From: Eggerthellaceae bacterium
GTDB taxonomy: Bacteria > Actinomycetota > Coriobacteriia > Coriobacteriales > Eggerthellaceae
Direction of reading: 5' to 3'
DNA length: 48,942 bases
Assembly: GCA_048242115.1 (NCBI GenBank)
Contig: DBFAWQ010000079.1
Coordinates: 1 to 48,942 of the forward strand
Shown here: piece by piece, positions 1 to 8,365 of the stretch
How the letters are laid out: every line of letters begins with the position of its first letter
Numbering within the stretch: the stretch's first letter is position 1
Made by a program: the position numbers and the translations under genes
Notes under the pieces: model-generated
What the model was told of the DNA's origin: nothing
Database searches by the model: none
What the model saw: only the letters and a program-made list of their open reading frames with translations

Positions 1-2010
1 CCCCAGTACGCCGCGGACCCCACCTTCACCAAGCGCTTCAAGCAGGAGGCCGCAGCGGCAGCCAACCTCTCCAACCCCTACATCGTCAACGTCTACGACT
101 GGGGGCAGGACGACGGCACCTACTACATCGTCATGGAGTACATCCGCGGCTCCGACCTGAAGACCGCCATCAACGAGCGCGGCGCCATCAACCAGCGCAA
201 GGTGGCCGAAATCGGCGCCCAGGTATGCCAAGCACTCACCACGGCCCACGGGCTCGACATCATCCATAGGGACATCAAGCCCCAGAACATCATGGTGCAG
301 CCCGACGGCAACGTGAAGGTCATGGACTTCGGCATCGCGCGGGCGAAGAACTCCGTGATGACCAAGACCTCATCGGTGCTGGGAACGGCCCACTACATCT
401 CCCCCGAGCAGGCCCAGGGCCGCGAGCTCACCGCCGCCAGCGACATCTACTCGCTGGGCGTGGTCATGTACGAGGCCTGCACGGGCCAACTGCCCTTCGA
501 CGGCCCGGACGCCGTGTCCGTGGCTATGCAGCAGGTGAACGACCTGCCCGTACCCCCCTGCGACGTGCACCCGGATTTGGACCCGGCGCTTGAGGCCATC
601 ATCCTGAAGGCCATGGAGAAGAACCCCGACATGCGCTTCGCCACGGCGAAGGACATGCGCGCCGCCCTCATGGACTACCTGGCCGGACGCCCGGTGCAGC
701 TGGGCAACTTCAACAGCGCCGAAACCTCGGTCATGGGCACCATGGGAACCGTGGGCGCCGGCACTGCGGCAGCCGGCATCGCCGGCACCGCCGTCATGAC
801 CGCCGTAGGAAACGGCCAGCGGCGCGACTACGACGGCGGATACGGGGCCAATCCCGGGCGCACCACAACCTACCGCAACGAGCCCGAAGGGCGCAGCGGA
901 GGCGGCGCCGGAAAGGCCGCCAAGGCCATCCTCGGGCTGGTGCTCGCCATCGCGGCCATCGCAGGCATCGCCTTCTTCGTCATGAACGCCCTGGGCTCGC
1001 CCGAGTCCAACGAGCCGGACGCCATCGTGGTGCCCTCCGTGGTGGGCGACAACGTGGACGACGCTCGCAAGAAGCTGACCGACGAGGGCTTCAAGGTGGA
1101 CGTGGAGGAAGTGAACAACGACACCGTGGAACCGGGCCTCGTCATCAGCCAAGACCCCACCGGCGGCAAGAAGATGGACCCCGGTACCCTGGTGAAGCTG
1201 AAGGTTTCCAAGGGCGTGCAGCAGGTCCCCGTCCCCGACGTTGCAGGCCGCAGCGCCGACGAGGCACGCAAGATGATCCAGGATGCCGGCCTCAAGCCCG
1301 AGGCGGGCGCGGCGGAATACGACGAAGGCGTGGCCAAGGACAAGGTCATCCGCACCAGCCCCGCCGCCGGCGAGCAGGTCTCCAAGAACTCCACGGTCAC
1401 CTACTACCTGTCCTTGGGCAAGGAAGGAACCGAGGTGCCCTCCGTGACGGGCCGCTCGCTTTCCGAGGCAATCTCGGTCCTGAACGGCGCCGGCTTCGAA
1501 GTGGACATGAACAACCTGCAGTACGTGAGCTCCGACCAGCCCAAGGATACCGTGATCAGCCAGCTTCCCACCGGCGGCTCGAAGGAGGACAAGTCCACGG
1601 TGGTCACGCTCACGCTCTCCAGCGGTCCGCAGAAGAAGACCTTCTACATCTCGCTGAACAGCAACGGCGGCGGCACGGTCTCCTCCAGCGCCGGGCAGGT
1701 GGAGGAAGGCGGCCAGGCGACCATCACCATCACGCCCTACGACGGCTACGTGGTGGCCTCGGTGTCGGGTCTGGACGGCGTACCGCAGTCGGGAGGCACC
1801 TTCACCGTGCGGCCAACGGGCGACATGAACATCTACGTGGACTTCCAGCAGTCGCAGCAGAACAACCCCGAGCCGAACAATCCGGGCACCGACCCTGGCT
1901 CCGAAGGCAATGGCGGCCAGCAGGGCGGCAACACCGGGGGCAATGGCACCACCGGCGGCAACGAGGGCGGTGGCCAGCAAGGCGGCAACGCCCAATCCCA
2001 GGGCGCCTAG
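1..2010 (+). CDS. pknB: PASTA-domain Ser/Thr protein kinase (PknB/Stk1 family), 5' end outside window
   Basis: Frame open from base 1 (PQYAADPTFTKRFKQEA..). Kinase motifs HRDIKPQN, DFGIAR, GTAHYISPEQ, SDIYSLG; one TM helix; three PASTA repeats (VPSVVG, VPDVAG, VPSVTG). Confidence 0.95.
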   Translation, partial: PQYAADPTFTKRFKQEAAAAANLSNPYIVNVYDWGQDDGTYYIVMEYIRGSDLKTAINERGAINQRKVAEIGAQVCQALTTAHGLDIIHRDIKPQNIMVQPDGNVKVMDFGIARAKNSVMTKTSSVLGTAHYISPEQAQGRELTAASDIYSLGVVMYEACTGQLPFDGPDAVSVAMQQVNDLPVPPCDVHPDLDPALEAIILKAMEKNPDMRFATAKDMRAALMDYLAGRPVQLGNFNSAETSVMGTMGTVGAGTAAAGIAGTAVMTAVGNGQRRDYDGGYGANPGRTTTYRNEPEGRSGGGAGKAAKAILGLVLAIAAIAGIAFFVMNALGSPESNEPDAIVVPSVVGDNVDDARKKLTDEGFKVDVEEVNNDTVEPGLVISQDPTGGKKMDPGTLVKLKVSKGVQQVPVPDVAGRSADEARKMIQDAGLKPEAGAAEYDEGVAKDKVIRTSPAAGEQVSKNSTVTYYLSLGKEGTEVPSVTGRSLSEAISVLNGAGFEVDMNNLQYVSSDQPKDTVISQLPTGGSKEDKSTVVTLTLSSGPQKKTFYISLNSNGGGTVSSSAGQVEEGGQATITITPYDGYVVASVSGLDGVPQSGGTFTVRPTGDMNIYVDFQQSQQNNPEPNNPGTDPGSEGNGGQQGGNTGGNGTTGGNEGGGQQGGNAQSQGA

Positions 2011-2020
2011 GTATCTTCGG

Positions 2021-2060
2021 GCCCTTCCTTCCGGCAGACACGGTACCCGGACGGAAGGGC
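2021..2060 (+). terminator. Hairpin downstream of pknB
   Basis: GCCCTTCC-TTCCGG...CCGGA-CGGAAGGGC inverted repeat 10 nt after the stop; weak U-tract. Confidence 0.45.
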
Positions 2061-2187
2061 TGGCAATCTTCCCGACTCTTCTGCGTTCAGGCCGAAAAAC
2101 GGAACGCCTCCGATTCAGCCGAATCGGAGGCGTTCCTCTGTCGCGTCATCGGGGACCGTGCCACCCTGCAGCGAGCCGGTATTCCGT

Positions 2188-2409
2188 TTAGGCCAGGTTC
2201 TTCTCGGCCTCGGCTTCGATCTTGTCGCTGGCGCCCTCGGCGGTTTCGAAGGCGAAGGCGGTTTCGGCAGCCTCGGCGGCAGCCTGCTCGTCACCCATAG
2301 CATCGAAGTCCTCCACGGAGGCGATGGCCTCCTGGCGAACCTCGTCCTCGATGCGGCGCAGGTCGTCTTCCGCGTACGCGTCCAAACGCGCTTCCTTGCT
2401 ATCAGCCAT
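2188..2409 (-). CDS. Small highly acidic hypothetical protein (73 aa)
   Basis: AAAGGAG RBS before ATG at 2409 (MADSKEARLDAY..); GC-rich codon usage; TACAAT -10-like hexamer at 2515-2520. Confidence 0.7.
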   Translation of the reverse strand: MADSKEARLDAYAEDDLRRIEDEVRQEAIASVEDFDAMGDEQAAAEAAETAFAFETAEGASDKIEAEAEKNLA

Positions 2410-2837
2410 GATAACGCTCCTTTCGGGCCGCGCGCTCAGCGAGCAGCGTTGAGCCTTCTTTGAGGCCACGACCCGTCCTCGCGGGACCGTAGCCGCCTGT
2501 TACCGAACGGCTTTATTGTAGGAGCGTGCCGCATCCCATGCGACCACCGAGGCGAAACGGAAGGGCAACGCTTGGATGACGCCGCCGCTCATACTTGCTT
2601 CGGGCGCCCCCGGCGACATCCGGGAACGCTATGCTGGAACCAAAGGCCTGCGAGAAGGCGGACCGAAAAGGGAGCGAACGGCCGCCGGAAGCGGGCAGAC
2701 GCAAGCGCGAACGCCGACAGCTTCCCTTCCCCGCCGTACCGGGAGCCACGAAGCGAAACCGCCGGAGCCCCAAGAGCCCTGGGTCGATTGGCCGCCTGCG
2801 CAGGCGCCGAATCCTCGCACGCCGCAGAAAGGACGCA

Positions 2838-3989
2838 ATGGCCGCCATCGCCCTTACAGTGCTCGCTGGTTTTGCCGGAGGCTTCGCCCTACGCCGACTT
2901 GGCGTCCCCGCAGGGGGCCTCATAGGGTCGTTCGGCGCCGTGGCCCTGCTCTCCGTGGCCAGCGGAATCGCTTTCCTGCCCGCGGAGACGAGAGTTGCCG
3001 TGCAGATCGTCGCCGGCGCGTTCGTCGGCTGCTCGATCGGCAAGGACGAGCTGAAGACGGCGAAGGCGGTCGCGAAACCGGCCGCCTTCATGCTGGCATG
3101 GTATGCGGTCTTCGTGCTTGCGGTGGGCTTCGCTATCTGGGCGCTCACCCCGCTCAGCCTGCCCACGGCGCTCATGAGCTGCGTTCCGGGCGGTATCTCC
3201 GACATTCCCATCGTTGCCGCCTCCATGGGGGCCAACACTCCGGACGTCACCCTCCTGCAGCTGCTGCGCCTCCTCCTGGGAATCGCGCTTATGGCAGCAG
3301 TCGCCCAGATGGTGACCCGAAAAACCCGTAGGGCCGTTCGCGGGGCCGCAAAGATCGATCCGCGCGCCCCGGGCGCCCTAGCCACCCCCCTTCCGTCCCA
3401 ACCGAGCGGCCGCGTTCCCGAGATCGGCCCGGAGGCTTCTCGCATCGATATGCCCGACCGGTCCCTCTCCGCAAGAACGAAGCTAAAGCTCGCCCTTAAG
3501 GGTCTTGCGACCCTGGCCGTTGCGGCCGTAGCGGGGTTGGTAGGACGGGCGACCGGCATCCCGGGCATGACCTTCACCTTCGCTATAGGCTGCACGCTGG
3601 CCTTCAACCTGGCAACCGGCTTTTCCTTCGTCCCCCGCTGGCTCAAGCGCCTATGCCAGTACCTCGCCGGCGCCTATCTGGGGGCGCAGATGACTTTGGG
3701 CGATGTTGCCGCGCTGCCTGAGCTGCTGGCGCCGGCCCGCATCATCCTAGCGGCGTACGCGGCCAGTTTCCTCGCGCTCGGGTACTTGCAGCATCGGCTG
3801 TTCGGGTACACGTTGGAGGAGGGGCTGTTTATCGCCACGCCGGCGGGAGCCAGCGACATCGCCCTGGTCATGGACGACCTGGGCATGCGAAACGCCAACG
3901 TCACCATCATGCAGATCCTGCGGCTCATCTGCGTGCTTGCCCTGTTTCCCCAGATGGTGAATATAGTGCTTCTGCTGGCAGGCTCCTAG
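2838..3989 (+). CDS. AbrB-family (AidB-regulator/ammonia-monooxygenase-like) integral membrane protein
   Basis: RBS AAAGGA before ATG 2838. Two internal repeats with LGVPAGGLIGS, Q..AGA..G, (V/T)P(G/A)G.SDI and Q.LRL motifs. Confidence 0.85.
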   Translation: MAAIALTVLAGFAGGFALRRLGVPAGGLIGSFGAVALLSVASGIAFLPAETRVAVQIVAGAFVGCSIGKDELKTAKAVAKPAAFMLAWYAVFVLAVGFAIWALTPLSLPTALMSCVPGGISDIPIVAASMGANTPDVTLLQLLRLLLGIALMAAVAQMVTRKTRRAVRGAAKIDPRAPGALATPLPSQPSGRVPEIGPEASRIDMPDRSLSARTKLKLALKGLATLAVAAVAGLVGRATGIPGMTFTFAIGCTLAFNLATGFSFVPRWLKRLCQYLAGAYLGAQMTLGDVAALPELLAPARIILAAYAASFLALGYLQHRLFGYTLEEGLFIATPAGASDIALVMDDLGMRNANVTIMQILRLICVLALFPQMVNIVLLLAGS

Positions 3990-4123
3990 CGTCCCCGCAG
4001 CCTACCCGGAAACGCGCACGGCCCGCGCCGCTCGGTCTCGTACCTCGGGACGACATCCACGGAACCACGCCGTTTCGAAGCGCCGCCGAACCCTGCGCTT
4101 TCGGCCATGGCGCCTCCCCAAGC

Positions 4124-4177
4124 AAAACGCCGCCCCGAACCGCGTTTCCCCGTAGGGAAGCTGGGTTCGGGGCGGCG
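4124..4177 (-). terminator. Intrinsic terminator of the ribosomal/rpoA operon
   Basis: 14-bp stem CGCCGCCCCGAACC/GGTTCGGGGCGGCG followed by TTTT on the minus strand. Confidence 0.75.
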
Positions 4178-4227
4178 CATACGTCCGGATAGCCCGGCTC
4201 GACAGCCCTCAGGTTCCGAAGATCGGA

Positions 4228-4878
4228 CTAGGCCTCGTCCTTGACGTCGGCCTTCTCCTCCTCGACCTTCTCAGCGTCGACGGTCTCGGCCTCCTTGGCC
4301 TCTTCGGACTCGGCCTGCTCGGCTTCTTCCTTGGCGGCCTCGGCGTCGGAAGGAGCCTCTTCCGTCTCGCGGAAGGCCTCGGCCTGATCGGCCTTCTCCT
4401 CCTGCACCTCTTCCACCTTCGCCTCCTCGGCGTCAGCGGCCTTGGCGACCTTCTTCGGCGTGGTCTTCTTGGCAGCCTTCTTGGCGGCCGGCTTCTCCTC
4501 GGCCTTGGCAGCCTTCACCGGCTCGGTCACCAGCTCCATGATCACCATGGGGGCGTTGTCGCCCTTGCGGTTGCCCAGCTTCATGATGCGGGTGTAGCCG
4601 CCCTGGCGATCGGCGAACATGCCCTGCGAGACCTTCTCGAAGACCTCGCGCACCAGCTCCTTGTCGCCCAACGCGGCGATGGCCAGACGGCGGGAGTGCA
4701 AATCGCCCTTCTTCGCCCAGGTGATGATCTTGTCAACGTCGGGACGGATCTCCTTGGCGCGAGACTCGATCGTCTTGATGCGGTCGTTGGTGAACAAAGC
4801 CTGGACAAGGCTCTTCTTCATGGCCTTGGTGTGGCTGAAGTCGGTGCCAAGCTTGCGGCCCTTGTAGTTGTGTCGCAT
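4228..4878 (-). CDS. rplQ: 50S ribosomal protein L17 with long Ala/Lys- then Glu-rich C-terminal extension
   Basis: MRH..GRKLG, GGYTRIMK, RKGDNAPMVIMEL; directly downstream of rpoA. Confidence 0.98.
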   Translation of the reverse strand: MRHNYKGRKLGTDFSHTKAMKKSLVQALFTNDRIKTIESRAKEIRPDVDKIITWAKKGDLHSRRLAIAALGDKELVREVFEKVSQGMFADRQGGYTRIMKLGNRKGDNAPMVIMELVTEPVKAAKAEEKPAAKKAAKKTTPKKVAKAADAEEAKVEEVQEEKADQAEAFRETEEAPSDAEAAKEEAEQAESEEAKEAETVDAEKVEEEKADVKDEA

Positions 4879-4890
4879 AGTTACCCTCTT

Positions 4891-5841
4891 CTACATTTTC
4901 AAATTGAGGTCCATGGAAATGAGCTTGTCCTTCACTTCCTCGATGGACTTCGCGCCAAAATTGCGGATGTTCAGTAGGTCGTTCTCGGAGAACTCGACCA
5001 GCTGGCGCACGGAGTGGATGCCGGCACGCTTCAGGCAGTTGTAGGAGCGAACGGACAGGTCCAAATCCTCGATCTGCTTGTCCAGCTCGGCGTTGGTCTC
5101 CTGGCCTTCGGGGGCGAAGATCGAAGCGACCTCGGCCTCCTCGTCGTTGGCGTTGGCGGACAGGCCCAGGAAGGCGCCCATGTACTGGTTGACGATGTTC
5201 GCAGCGCGGCACACCGCCTCGGTCGGGTCGATGGAACCGTCCGTCTCCACCTCCAGCACCAATTTGTCGTAGTCGGTACGCTGGCCCACGCGGGTGTCCT
5301 CCACGTTCATGGTGCAGCGGCGCACAGGCGAGAACAGCGAGTCCACGTGGATGACCCCGATGGAGTCCTCGGAGCGCTTGTTGCGCTCGGCGCTCACGTA
5401 GCCGCGGCCGACGCCGATGCGGATGGACATGTCCAGCTGACCGCCGTCGGCGACGGTAGCGATGACATGCTCGGGGTTGATCAAGCTGAACTCGGTAGGA
5501 ACCTGCAGGTCGGCGCCAGTCACAACGCAGGGGCCTTCGATGGACAGATGCGCGACCGCCTCCTCGACGTCGTCGGTGAGGGCCGAGAAGACCAGGCCCT
5601 TCACGTTCAGAACGATGTCGGTGATGTCCTCGATGACGCCTTCCGCCGTGGTGAACTCGTGCTGCACGCCTTGAATCTGGATAGCCGTGGCCTTCGCTCC
5701 GTCAAGGGAGGAGAGCAGCACACGACGCATGGTGTTTCCAAGCGTGGGGCCGTAGCCGCGCTCCAGGGGCTCGACGATGTAGCGAGCAACGGTATCGCTG
5801 ACTTCTTCGGTTATAACCGTAGGCCTCATGAACTCTGTCAT
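4891..5841 (-). CDS. rpoA: RNA polymerase alpha subunit
   Basis: EPLERGYG.TLGN..RRVLLSS; LSVRSYNCLKRAGI; RNFGAKS. Confidence 0.99.
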   Translation of the reverse strand: MTEFMRPTVITEEVSDTVARYIVEPLERGYGPTLGNTMRRVLLSSLDGAKATAIQIQGVQHEFTTAEGVIEDITDIVLNVKGLVFSALTDDVEEAVAHLSIEGPCVVTGADLQVPTEFSLINPEHVIATVADGGQLDMSIRIGVGRGYVSAERNKRSEDSIGVIHVDSLFSPVRRCTMNVEDTRVGQRTDYDKLVLEVETDGSIDPTEAVCRAANIVNQYMGAFLGLSANANDEEAEVASIFAPEGQETNAELDKQIEDLDLSVRSYNCLKRAGIHSVRQLVEFSENDLLNIRNFGAKSIEEVKDKLISMDLNLKM

Positions 5842-5870
5842 GTTGGGTGAGCCTCCTAACTCTGCAGCGT

Positions 5871-6497
5871 TTATTTCGAGTAAAGTTCGACGATGAGCTG
5901 CTCGCGAATATCCAGATCGATCTGGTCACGCTGCGGAAGGGCAAGAACGCTACCCTGAAGTTTCTCGATGTCAACTTCCAGCCATGCGGGCACCTGCACG
6001 CGCTCGTTGGAGATGAGCGCGCTCTTGATGACCAGCATATCCTTCGCCTTGGGGGCAACCGCCACCAGGTCGCCGGGACGCACGCGGAACGAGGGGATGT
6101 CCACGCGACGGCCGTTCACCGTGATGTGGCCATGGCGCACCTGCTGACGAGCCTCGGCACGGGACTTGGCGAAGCCCAGGCGGTACACGACGTTGTCCAG
6201 CCGGCTCTCGAGGATGCGCAGCAGGTTCTCGCCGGTAACGCCGCTTTGGCGGTTGGCCATTTCGTAGTAGTGATGGAACTGCTTCTCCAGGACGCCGTAG
6301 ATGCGCTTGGTCTTCTGCTTCTCACGCAGCTGGATGCGGTACTCGGTGTCCTTCACACGCTTCTTGCCGGCCTCGCCGGGGGCGTAGCTGCGGCGCTCCA
6401 TGGCGCACTTCTCGGTGTAGCAGCGGTCGCCCTTCAGGAAGAGCTTCGAGCCCTCGCGGCGGCACAGACGGCAGTCAGCACCAGTATAACGAGCCAT
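5871..6497 (-). CDS. rpsD: 30S ribosomal protein S4
   Basis: [37 protein letters not shown]. Confidence 0.99.
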   Translation of the reverse strand: MARYTGADCRLCRREGSKLFLKGDRCYTEKCAMERRSYAPGEAGKKRVKDTEYRIQLREKQKTKRIYGVLEKQFHHYYEMANRQSGVTGENLLRILESRLDNVVYRLGFAKSRAEARQQVRHGHITVNGRRVDIPSFRVRPGDLVAVAPKAKDMLVIKSALISNERVQVPAWLEVDIEKLQGSVLALPQRDQIDLDIREQLIVELYSK

Positions 6498-6516
6498 AAT
6501 TCTGTGGTCCTTTCAA

Positions 6517-6915
6517 TTACACGCGACGACGCTTGCTCGGACGGCAACCGTTGTGCGGAATGGGTGTGCAATCCTGGATGCTGGCGATCTCCAAGCCGGC
6601 GGCCTGCAGCGAGCGGATAGCCGTCTCGCGGCCCGAGCCGGGGCCCTTCACGTACACCGCGACCTTGCGCAGGCCGTGCTCCATGGCCGTCTTGGCAGCG
6701 GCTTCGGCAGCCATCTGCGCAGCGAACGGCGTGGACTTGCGCGAACCCTTGAAACCGACCGTGCCGGCGGACTGCCAGGAGATCACATTGCCCTGAGGAT
6801 CAGTGATGCTCACGATCGTGTTGTTGAACGTAGACTTGATATGCGCGGCGCCAACGGCGATGTTCTTACGCTCGGAACGCTTGATGCGTGCGCGCACGTT
6901 TTTCTTAGCTGCCAC
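6517..6915 (-). CDS. rpsK: 30S ribosomal protein S11
   Basis: [31 protein letters not shown] start. Confidence 0.99.
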   Translation of the reverse strand: MAAKKNVRARIKRSERKNIAVGAAHIKSTFNNTIVSITDPQGNVISWQSAGTVGFKGSRKSTPFAAQMAAEAAAKTAMEHGLRKVAVYVKGPGSGRETAIRSLQAAGLEIASIQDCTPIPHNGCRPSKRRRV

Positions 6916-6926
6916 TTATCGCTCCC

Positions 6927-7295
6927 TTACTTCTTCTTGCCGCCGATTTGCTTGCGCGGTCCCTTGCGGGTGCGGGCGTTCGTGTGAGTACGCTGGCCGC
7001 GCACGGGAAGGCCGCGACGATGGCGAAGGCCGCGGTAGCAGCCGATCTCCATGAGGCGCTTCACGTTCTGGTTGACCTCGCGATGCAGGTCGCCCTCCAC
7101 CTTCAGGTTGCCCTGGATGTAGTCGCGCAGCTTCGTGAGGTCCTCCTCGGAAAGATCGCGGACGCGAACGTCGGGGTTCACGCCGGTCTCGGCAAGGATT
7201 TTCTTGGATGTGGTCAGGCCAATGCCGTAGATGTAGGTCAAGGCGATCTCGATGCGCTTGTCGCGAGGAAGATCGACACCAACAAGACGTGCCAT
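6927..7295 (-). CDS. rpsM: 30S ribosomal protein S13
   Basis: [36 protein letters not shown]. Confidence 0.99.
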   Translation of the reverse strand: MARLVGVDLPRDKRIEIALTYIYGIGLTTSKKILAETGVNPDVRVRDLSEEDLTKLRDYIQGNLKVEGDLHREVNQNVKRLMEIGCYRGLRHRRGLPVRGQRTHTNARTRKGPRKQIGGKKK

Positions 7296-7314
7296 AGCTT
7301 ACTACCCCTTCTTC

Positions 7315-7428
7315 CTAGCCCTGACGCTGCTTATGACGAGGGTTCTCGCAGATAACGAGCACCTTGCCATGGCGTCGGATGATCTTGCACTTGTCGCACA
7401 TTTTCTTGACCGAAGGACGTACCTTCAT
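7315..7428 (-). CDS. rpmJ: 50S ribosomal protein L36 (Zn-ribbon C+ form, 37 aa)
   Basis: Manual translation [37 protein letters not shown]; too short for the ORF track. Confidence 0.98.
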   Translation of the reverse strand: MKVRPSVKKMCDKCKIIRRHGKVLVICENPRHKQRQG

Positions 7429-7539
7429 TGCTTCTTTCCTTTCGGTTATGCGTCTTCTCTATCGTTCACACCCAGCCGCTGGTGATAGTTTTCAAGGCTG
7501 TGTCAGCCGCTTTCAGGCTGCGGTAACGCTCGATGCCGC

Positions 7540-7764
7540 TTACTTGAAGCGATAGGTGATGCGGCCGCGGTTCAGGTCGTAGACGGAAAGCTCCACGGTC
7601 ACCTTGTCGCCGGGCAGAATCTTGATGTAGTGCATGCGCATCTTACCCGAGATGTGGGCGAGAATCTTGTGCCCGTTTTCCAGCTCCACCTTGAACATCG
7701 CGTTGGGAAGCGCCTCGAGCACCGTGCCCTCAAGCTCGATGACATTGTCGTTCTGCTTGGCCAA
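7540..7764 (-). CDS. infA: Translation initiation factor IF-1
   Basis: [52 protein letters not shown] before TTG at 7764. Confidence 0.97.
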   Translation of the reverse strand: MAKQNDNVIELEGTVLEALPNAMFKVELENGHKILAHISGKMRMHYIKILPGDKVTVELSVYDLNRGRITYRFK

Positions 7765-7911
7765 AACCACCGCTCCTTCGTCATTGCCGATGCGCTCGGA
7801 ACCCCGGCCCGCCGACCGAACCCGCACAAGCGGGCCGAGCGCAGCTGCACCGCGCACGCATCGCGAGACAGCAATCGGAAATGATAGGTCAGTTTGGGGG
7901 TTGGAAGACAA

Positions 7912-8092
7912 AAAACCATAATGAGCGCACAAACCCACGTACCGTGTCGGCTCAAGAGTGCCTGCATGCCAGGCCTGCGGTCGCAATGCCGCGCAGTCCG
8001 TAGAACCGAGCCCTTACCGCCCGGGCGAACCGCCAGGTATTCGTGCCCTGGGAACAGTCCCGGCACAGCCGCCTTGTCGGCTTGAAAGTGCC
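7912..8092 (-). ncRNA. Candidate structured non-coding RNA (6S/SsrS-like or novel leader), ~165-180 nt
   Basis: Starts just after a sigma-70 promoter. The 5' end GCAC..AAGCC pairs with the 3' end GGGTTT-GTGC; inner helix CCTGGCGGTTCGC/GCGACCGCAGG; followed by TTTTTT; no credible ORF. Identity is inferred. Confidence 0.45.
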
Positions 8093-8096
8093 CACT

Positions 8097-8124
8097 ATTC
8101 TAGCGAAGCGACCCGTCCCGTCAA
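8097..8124 (-). promoter_or_regulatory. Housekeeping sigma promoter TTGACG-16-TAGAAT
   Basis: -35 at 8124-8119, -10 at 8102-8097. Confidence 0.7.
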
Positions 8125-8365
8125 GACGCCCGCTGCCGAAATCCATATTCGGCGACGGAGGCGGTCATGGTACGCAGACCCAAGGAGGCGCAGCCCGCGA
8201 ACGCGGCCGCCTCCCTGGGTCGCAGGACGTCGAGGTCTCCGGCTGCGCCGAAATCGCCCAGGAACCCCGCCCCGAAGAAACGAGGCGGCCGGCCTCGTGC
8301 GCCCACCGGCCCCGTCCCTTCGCGCAGGAATCCCCGCGGCAGCAGACGCCGGGAGCCCACGCCCC

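Noticed and set aside
2595..2837. N-terminal extensions in the ORF track (AbrB, infA, anti-sigma, sigma, sipW, groES, flavoproteins)
   Set aside because: Downstream starts have clear RBSs and match family N-termini; the extensions are low-complexity read-through.
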